Under the pieces are notes generated by a model that did not search any database, had not been told where the DNA came from, and saw only the letters and a program-made list of their open reading frames with translations. This document shows, piece by piece, positions 47,091 through 51,404 of a stretch of DNA of 51,404 nucleotides. The first letter of the stretch is position 1. Each line of letters begins with the position of its first letter. The stretch spans positions 1-51,404 of the forward strand of contig JABHFC010000311.1 of the NCBI GenBank assembly GCA_018676275.1, given 5' to 3'. A program made the translations under genes and the position numbers. Source of the stretch: Gammaproteobacteria bacterium. GTDB taxonomy: Bacteria; Pseudomonadota; Gammaproteobacteria; Eutrophobiales; Eutrophobiaceae.

Positions 47091-47430
47091 TAATTTCCTG
47101 TTACATTGTATAAAGTGTAAAGAGCCAGCAATAATTTGAGTGATAATCTGTGTTAATGTTCCTGTCAGATCAATGAATAGCTGAATTTTCCCTGACAAAG
47201 CAAAAAATGTATCTGATTCATCGCATCTATTATCAAGTATCCATTTAATAAGTATAGAATTTTACCGGAATTAAATAAGCAGGAATGTGATAGAAGTATG
47301 AAATTTATTACATAATTGCTCGAACGGCTGACAATGGGGTCAATTTGAGGAAAAAGTGTCCAGTTCAGGTTTTCAGTAACTCAAAATAAATAATGGCACT
47401 AAAGGGTAGTTTTTTCGGATCAGGGCAATA

Positions 47431-47441
47431 TTGCACTGCAA
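47431..47441. promoter_or_regulatory. TTGCACTGCAA palindrome, candidate operator (site A) upstream of phaB
   Basis: This is part of a 17-nt direct repeat: AATATTGCACTGCAACA (47427-47443) and TATATTGCGCCGCAACA (47454-47470). It lies about 95 nt upstream of the phaB ATG. Confidence 0.45.
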
Positions 47442-47457
47442 CATAAGTAATGTTATA

Positions 47458-47468
47458 TTGCGCCGCAA
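47458..47468. promoter_or_regulatory. TTGCGCCGCAA palindrome, candidate operator (site B), overlapping a possible -35 of phaB
   Basis: The core is identical to the etfB-upstream site. TTGCGC (47458-47463), an 18-nt spacer and TATTAA (47482-47487) form a plausible but weak sigma70 promoter. Confidence 0.4.
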
Positions 47469-47535
47469 CAATTTTATATGCTATTAATATTCAATGGGTT
47501 TTCATGGAAACCCATTCAAAAAGAAGGAGAAAGGT

Positions 47536-48258
47536 ATGGGGCGTGTAGCGATAGTAACAGGTGGTACTCGTGGTATAGGAGAGGCAATTTCAGTGGGATT
47601 AAAGGATGCCGGATACACAGTAGCGGCAATTTATGCTGGTAATGATGAGGCAGCCAAACGCTTTAATAACAAGACCGGCATAGCTGTCTATAAGCTGGAC
47701 GTCAGCGACTTTGAGGCCTGTGATGCGGCCGCTAAACAGATTGAAGCCGATCTCGGTCCGATTGATGTACTCGTAAATAATGCCGGTATTACACGTGATG
47801 GCACAATGCACCGCATGAGCTTTGACCAGTGGAACTCCGTTATCCAGACCAACCTCGCATCCTGCTTCAATATGGCCCGAGTGCTTATAGATGGGATGCG
47901 TGAGCGAGCTTTTGGTCGCATCGTTAATATTGGCTCAGTTAATGGCCAGGCAGGCCAATATGGACAGGTTAATTATGCGGCTGCGAAATCCGGTATCCAC
48001 GGCTTCACCAAGGCCCTGGCACAGGAAGGAGCTGCAAAAGGAATTACTGTTAACGCCATTGCACCGGGTTATATCGATACTGATATGGTCAGAGCTGTTC
48101 CGGAGCATGTGCTGGAAAAAATTATTGCGGGGATCCCCGTTGGCAGACTAGGTGATGCCAGCGAAATTGCTCGTGGTGTATTATTTCTGGTCAGTGATGA
48201 AGGCGGTTTTATTACCGGCTCAACTTTAAGTATTAACGGTGGTCAGCATATGTATTAA
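47536..48258 (+). CDS. phaB: Acetoacetyl-CoA reductase (SDR family)
   Basis: MGRVAIVTGGTRGIG...NNAGITRDGTMHRM...GRIVNIGSVNGQAGQYGQVNYAAAKSGIHGFTKALAQEGAAKGITVNAIAPGYIDTDMV is closely collinear with Cupriavidus PhaB as I recall it. A strong AAGGAGA ribosome-binding site lies 6 nt upstream of the ATG at 47536. Confidence 0.85.
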   Translation: MGRVAIVTGGTRGIGEAISVGLKDAGYTVAAIYAGNDEAAKRFNNKTGIAVYKLDVSDFEACDAAAKQIEADLGPIDVLVNNAGITRDGTMHRMSFDQWNSVIQTNLASCFNMARVLIDGMRERAFGRIVNIGSVNGQAGQYGQVNYAAAKSGIHGFTKALAQEGAAKGITVNAIAPGYIDTDMVRAVPEHVLEKIIAGIPVGRLGDASEIARGVLFLVSDEGGFITGSTLSINGGQHMY

Positions 48259-48308
48259 CCGCAGTATCGGATCACGTTAAAGTACGAATTATTTTAGAGG
48301 AGAATGCC

Positions 48309-48755
48309 GTGGCTACCATTAGCAACTTCACAATTGACGAAATTGAAATCGGTCAAAAAGCGACATACAGTAAAACATGCAGTGCCGATGACGTTCGTGA
48401 TTTTGCCAAACTATCTGGCGATGTAAATCCTGTTCATCTTGACGAGGAATATGCCAGCAAAACACAGTTTGGTCGTTGCATAGCACACGGTATGTATACC
48501 GCCGCCCTGGTCAGTGCAGCAGTAGCGGTTAAATTACCTGGTCCCGGCAGTATCTACCTGGGTCAGGACATGAAGTTCAGAGCGCCGGTATATATAGACG
48601 ATACGATCACCGTTGAAATGGAGGTGGAGTCTGTGCGCGAAGACAAACCAATTGTTGGACTAAAATTTATTTGTCTAAACCAGGATGGGAAAAAGGTGGT
48701 TACAGGTACAGCGGTTGTTCTGGCTCCTACTGAAAAAGTAACACTGGAAGTGTAG
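48309..48755 (+). CDS. phaJ: (R)-specific enoyl-CoA hydratase, MaoC-like hot-dog fold
   Basis: 148 aa with a GTG start, and GAGGAGA 6 nt upstream. IEIGQKATYSKT...DFAKLSGDVNPVHLDEEYA...CIAHGM...GPGSIYLGQDMKFRAPVYIDDTITVEMEVESVREDKPIV is collinear with Aeromonas PhaJ as I recall it. Confidence 0.8.
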   Translation: MATISNFTIDEIEIGQKATYSKTCSADDVRDFAKLSGDVNPVHLDEEYASKTQFGRCIAHGMYTAALVSAAVAVKLPGPGSIYLGQDMKFRAPVYIDDTITVEMEVESVREDKPIVGLKFICLNQDGKKVVTGTAVVLAPTEKVTLEV

Positions 48756-48809
48756 GAAAAAATTCTTTAACTGTAAGTAAAGACAGCTTCTTGTTAAGAG
48801 TTTAGAAAT

Positions 48810-48846
48810 CCGGAGTGAAGCACCTGTAATAATGATTTCACTCCGG
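48810..48846 (+). terminator. Hairpin downstream of phaJ, possible terminator
   Basis: CCGGAGTGAA (48810-48819) pairs with TTCACTCCGG (37-46 of the 488xx block), with a 17-nt loop. Only a short TGTTT follows, so the U-tract is weak. Confidence 0.35.
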
Positions 48847-48870
48847 TGTTTCCAGCACCAGCTTATAATT

Positions 48871-49083
48871 AGTACTCCGTCCAGGTTGTATTGATGGGTT
48901 CAGCATCACTGTGCTGTAACGCCGTGGCGGAACAGCACAGTGGTGCCCGAAGGGTTGATCTGTCAGCGCCCATGGCGGCGTTACATCTCTTGCGAAGGAC
49001 TATGGCCATTCACTGCGAGACGTGCCTTGCCATGAACACTGACAGGCCAACTGAACCCATCAATACAACCTGGACGGAGTACT
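48871..49083. repeat. 213-bp element bounded by perfect 33-bp terminal inverted repeats (MITE-like, or a long-stem structured RNA)
   Basis: AGTACTCCGTCCAGGTTGTATTGATGGGTTCAG (48871-48903) is the exact reverse complement of 49051-49083. The interior is GC-richer than its surroundings and has further stems (48903-48917 pairs with 48932-48946; CTGTCAG pairs with CTGACAG). TA dinucleotides can be read on both flanks. Confidence 0.6.
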
Positions 49084-50200
49084 AGGCAGCCAGCGCGTCT
49101 TCTGCGGGCTGGTAATCATAGTCAAGACTTTCTGCTACTGCTTTGTAGGTTATTTTTCCTTTGTGTACGTTCAAGCCATTTCTCAAATCCTGATCAGTTA
49201 ACAAGGCCTGCTTGTAACCCTTCTTTGCCAACGATATTGCAAAAGGCAGCGTTGCATTATTTAGCGCCAGTGTAGAAGTACGTGCTACTGCACCCGGCAT
49301 ATTGGCAACACAGTAATGCACAACACCGTCAACCACATAAGTAGGTTCCTGGTGAGTCGTCGCCTTTGAGGTTTCAAAACAACCACCCTGGTCAATAGCA
49401 ACATCAACCACTACCGAGCCCTTTCTCATGCGACTGATAATATCGCGACTTAACAGTTTCGGAGCAGCTGCGCCGGGGATCAGCACAGCACCTACCACCA
49501 TGTCAGCCTGTAAGGCATATTCTTCAATAGTTTCCACGGTGGAATAAACACATTTCACGCGACCACCGTATTCGGCATCCAGTTGACGTAAGCGAGGAAG
49601 TGAACGATCCAGAATCGTCACTTCTGCGCCCATACCCCTGGCCATGTAGGCGGCATTATCACCAACAACACCACCACCAATCACCAGTACTTTAGCTGGT
49701 GCTACACCAGGTACACCACCAAGTAGTACGCCAGCACCGCCTTGTGCTTTTTCAAGTGCATGAGCACCTGCCTGTATCGAAAGTCGTCCGGCGACTTCAC
49801 TCATCGGCGCCAGTAAAGGCAAAGTATTACCGGGGCCAGTGACGGTTTCATAAGCGATCGCAATTACGCCGGAATCAAGCAGTAATTTGGTTTGTTCCGG
49901 ATCCGGTGCCAGATGGAGATAGGTAAATAGCACCTGGTTTTCTCTTAACTTGAGGCATTCTTCATGTTGTGGTTCTTTGACCTTTACAACCATGTCGCTA
50001 TTGCTAAAAATCTCGTCAGCATCTGCAACGATTTTGGCACCAGCTTTGACGTAGTCCTCATCCGCCATGCCAATGGCTGCGCCTGCATTTGTTTCGATAA
50101 TGACGTCCTGTCCAAAGCGAACCAGTTCGCGAACGCTACCCGGTGTCAAACCAACCCGGTATTCATGGTTTTTAATTTCTTTAGGAACACCGATCAGCAT
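49082..50200 (-). CDS. ald: Alanine dehydrogenase
   Basis: 372 aa. MLIGVPKEIKNHEYRVGLTPGSVRELV...VLVIGGGVVGDNAAYMARGMGAEVTILD (NAD fold)...VDVAIDQGGCFETS. An AGGAGA ribosome-binding site is present. Confidence 0.9.
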   Translation of the reverse strand: MLIGVPKEIKNHEYRVGLTPGSVRELVRFGQDVIIETNAGAAIGMADEDYVKAGAKIVADADEIFSNSDMVVKVKEPQHEECLKLRENQVLFTYLHLAPDPEQTKLLLDSGVIAIAYETVTGPGNTLPLLAPMSEVAGRLSIQAGAHALEKAQGGAGVLLGGVPGVAPAKVLVIGGGVVGDNAAYMARGMGAEVTILDRSLPRLRQLDAEYGGRVKCVYSTVETIEEYALQADMVVGAVLIPGAAAPKLLSRDIISRMRKGSVVVDVAIDQGGCFETSKATTHQEPTYVVDGVVHYCVANMPGAVARTSTLALNNATLPFAISLAKKGYKQALLTDQDLRNGLNVHKGKITYKAVAESLDYDYQPAEDALAA

Positions 50201-50359
50201 GACTATTCTCCTGTTTTAAAACGCGATTTTGTTGAGATGACTTATGCGCGGAAGAATAGTCGGAAATCGGAGAAATGTTCTTGCTATATCTTCACTATTT
50301 ATTTATATAAATAGCATATAATTCAATAAATATTAAAAAAACAGAAGAATCTGTTCCAT

Positions 50360-50824
50360 ATGAAATTAGATAAGACTGATCGTGCCATTCTTCATGTCCT
50401 GCAATTAGACGGGCGATTGAGTAATGTCAATCTGGCCCACAAGGTGAATTTATCGGAGTCCGCTTGTCTGAGAAGAGTTAAATTACTGGAGGGTGCAGGC
50501 GTAATTGAGCGCTATTCGATGCTGGTGAACCAGGCTGCTGTTGGCTTGCCCGGAAATGTATTCGTGGAAATCAGTTTGGCCCAGCAACAACAGGAAGAAC
50601 TGGATACCTTTGAAAAACGAGTGTTGGAGATACCGGAGGTAATGGAATGTTACCTGATGTCCGGTGACTATGATTACTTGTTACGCGTGGTAGTCGCAGA
50701 TGCCGCCGATTATGAGCGCATCCATCATCAACATTTAACCCGTTTGCCTGGTATCGCCAAGGTAAGGTCAAGTTTTGCATTACGCACGGTAACCAAGGCT
50801 CAGGAACTGCCAATTAAACATTAG
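50360..50824 (+). CDS. Lrp/AsnC-family transcriptional regulator, divergent from ald
   Basis: 154 aa. LDKTDRAILHVLQLDGRLSNVNLAHKVNLSESACLRRVKLLEGAGVI plus a RAM domain. The ald-Lrp divergent pairing is a common arrangement. Confidence 0.85.
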   Translation: MKLDKTDRAILHVLQLDGRLSNVNLAHKVNLSESACLRRVKLLEGAGVIERYSMLVNQAAVGLPGNVFVEISLAQQQQEELDTFEKRVLEIPEVMECYLMSGDYDYLLRVVVADAADYERIHHQHLTRLPGIAKVRSSFALRTVTKAQELPIKH

Positions 50825-50883
50825 GAGTTTGTCAGACTTAGGATGTTCGTCACGAGGGGAAGATCCTGAGTTCGACAGACTCC
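50824..50883 (+). terminator. 60-nt imperfect hairpin immediately after the Lrp stop, possible terminator or REP-like structure
   Basis: GGAGTTTGTC (50824-50833) pairs with GACAGACTCC (50874-50883) with one G-U pair. An inner stem CTTAGGAT / ATCCTGAG has one mismatch. No U-tract follows. Confidence 0.3.
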
Positions 50884-50927
50884 TGGACCGCAGTGCGGAA
50901 AGAGCGTCGTACTCATCGCACGGATTG

Positions 50928-50938
50928 TTGCAGTGCAA
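50928..50938. promoter_or_regulatory. TTGCAGTGCAA palindrome, candidate operator upstream of the fadB-like gene
   Basis: It has the same TTGC-N3-GCAA core and is the reverse complement of site A at 47431. It lies 123 nt upstream of the ATG at 51061. Confidence 0.4.
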
Positions 50939-51060
50939 AACTCACTGTACTAGGATACGGACTCGTATTAAATGTCCAATAGGCGCCCAGTGATCTGGCT
51001 GAAATAAAACGAAGTAAATTAAATACACAATAATAATCAGTTTTGGAGGAGTCTCTCATT

Positions 51061-51404
51061 ATGTCCGATGTCGTTAGTTACGAGCTTGTAGACAATATTG
51101 CTGTTATCAGCATCGATAACCCACCTGTGAATGCCATGGGTCATGCTGTTCGTCAGGGTACCTGGGATGCTATTGATAAATTTACAAGCGATGAAGAGGC
51201 CAAAGCAGCGGTATTGATTTGTGCGGGGCGTACATTTATTGCAGGCGCCGATATAAGAGAATTTAATCGGCCACCTGAAAACCCCTGGCTTCCTGAACTG
51301 GTACAGAAGATAGAAGATTGTTCGAAAATTGTTGTGGCGGCGATTCATGGCACAGCACTGGGCGGAGGTCTGGAAACAGCCGTGGGTTGTCATTATCGAT
51401 GTGC
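51061..51404 (+). CDS. Enoyl-CoA hydratase / 3-hydroxyacyl-CoA dehydrogenase family protein (crotonase N-terminus). Partial; runs off the window.
   Basis: This gene is absent from the ORF track because it has no stop in the window. My translation is MSDVVSYELVDNIAVISIDNPPVNAMGHAVRQGTWDAIDKFTSDEEAKAAVLICAGRTFIAGADIREFN...VVAAIHGTALGGGLETAVGCHYR. The AGADI and GGGLE stretches are crotonase oxyanion-hole motifs. A GGAGGAG ribosome-binding site lies at about 51045-51051. Confidence 0.8.
   Translation, partial: MSDVVSYELVDNIAVISIDNPPVNAMGHAVRQGTWDAIDKFTSDEEAKAAVLICAGRTFIAGADIREFNRPPENPWLPELVQKIEDCSKIVVAAIHGTALGGGLETAVGCHYRC

Noticed and set aside
33218-47198. Could the MotA-like operon be a Zorya-type anti-phage system?
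   Set aside because: As I recall Zorya, it pairs a MotA-like ZorA (with a long C-terminal tail) and a MotB-like ZorB (peptidoglycan-binding) with cytoplasmic helicase or nuclease-type effectors. I find no nuclease, helicase, ATPase or OmpA-like domain here. Most products are periplasmic or lipoproteins. A defence role is not excluded, but the architecture does not match.
48891-49085. A 64-aa ORF in the phaJ/ald spacer.
   Set aside because: It lies wholly within the inverted-repeat element. Its start is a TTG inside the left repeat arm, it has no ribosome-binding site, and its end coincides with the right arm. It is most likely a by-product of GC-rich palindromic DNA.
50860-50890. GAGTTCGAC resembles a tRNA T-loop (GGTTCGA), so this could be a tRNA or tRNA fragment after the Lrp gene.
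   Set aside because: No complementary T-stem, acceptor stem or anticodon arm can be drawn around it. The sequence is better explained as the descending arm of the 50824-50883 hairpin.
1-51404. A search for CRISPR arrays, rRNA or tRNA genes, IS elements, integrases, prophage genes, toxin-antitoxin pairs and restriction-modification genes.
   Set aside because: Reading the intergenic regions and ORF translations by eye, I found none. The only mobile-element-like feature is the 213-bp inverted-repeat element. A proper scan (tRNAscan-SE, Infernal/Rfam, ISfinder) is still needed to exclude small RNAs.

Overview
This is a chromosomal segment that looks proteobacterial, probably from a marine gammaproteobacterium. 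That guess rests on gene content and an E. coli-like BioA, and I cannot verify it here. The window is densely coding. I saw no rRNA, tRNA, CRISPR array, transposase, integrase or phage gene.

Positions 1-33 kb and 47-51 kb hold ordinary metabolism and envelope genes:
- a partial Mo-bisPGD oxidoreductase and a membrane GGDEF cyclase
- a ggt-like/bioA/FAD-reductase/M20-peptidase string
- a two-gene RND efflux pair followed by a ThDP enzyme
- etfBA and dacB
- an amino-acid catabolic block (ltaE, a 1609-aa NAD-GDH, putA, an ODC-like decarboxylase, ald), with three Lrp/AsnC regulators each facing a catabolic gene
- phaB-phaJ and a partial fadB-like gene

Both edge genes are missing from the supplied ORF track. 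I recovered them by translating the sequence directly.

The standout is a 14-gene, tightly packed minus-strand operon at about 33.2-47.1 kb. It encodes:
- a MotA/TolQ/ExbB-type channel protein
- two paralogous proteins with an ExbD/TolR-like Asp-containing TM helix, a coiled coil and a VWA domain
- a cytoplasmic degenerate Hsp70/actin-fold protein with an FHA-like tail
- a membrane-anchored multi-PEGA protein with a Cys-less FGE-sulfatase domain
- a TM-anchored TPR protein
- a secreted helical-repeat protein ending in a TonB_C-like domain
- several lipoproteins, one of them an extreme Ser/Gly/Gln low-complexity protein
- a small acidic secreted peptide and an M48 protease

I read this as a rewired Ton/Tol-like envelope machine driven by proton-motive force. 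Its function is unknown, and it is my candidate for the undescribed system.

Other points worth a second look:
- a Ser/Thr kinase fused to a PilZ domain
- a 213-bp MITE-like element with perfect 33-bp terminal inverted repeats that abuts the ald stop codon
- a TTGC-N3-GCAA palindrome recurring upstream of etfBA, phaBJ and the fadB-like gene
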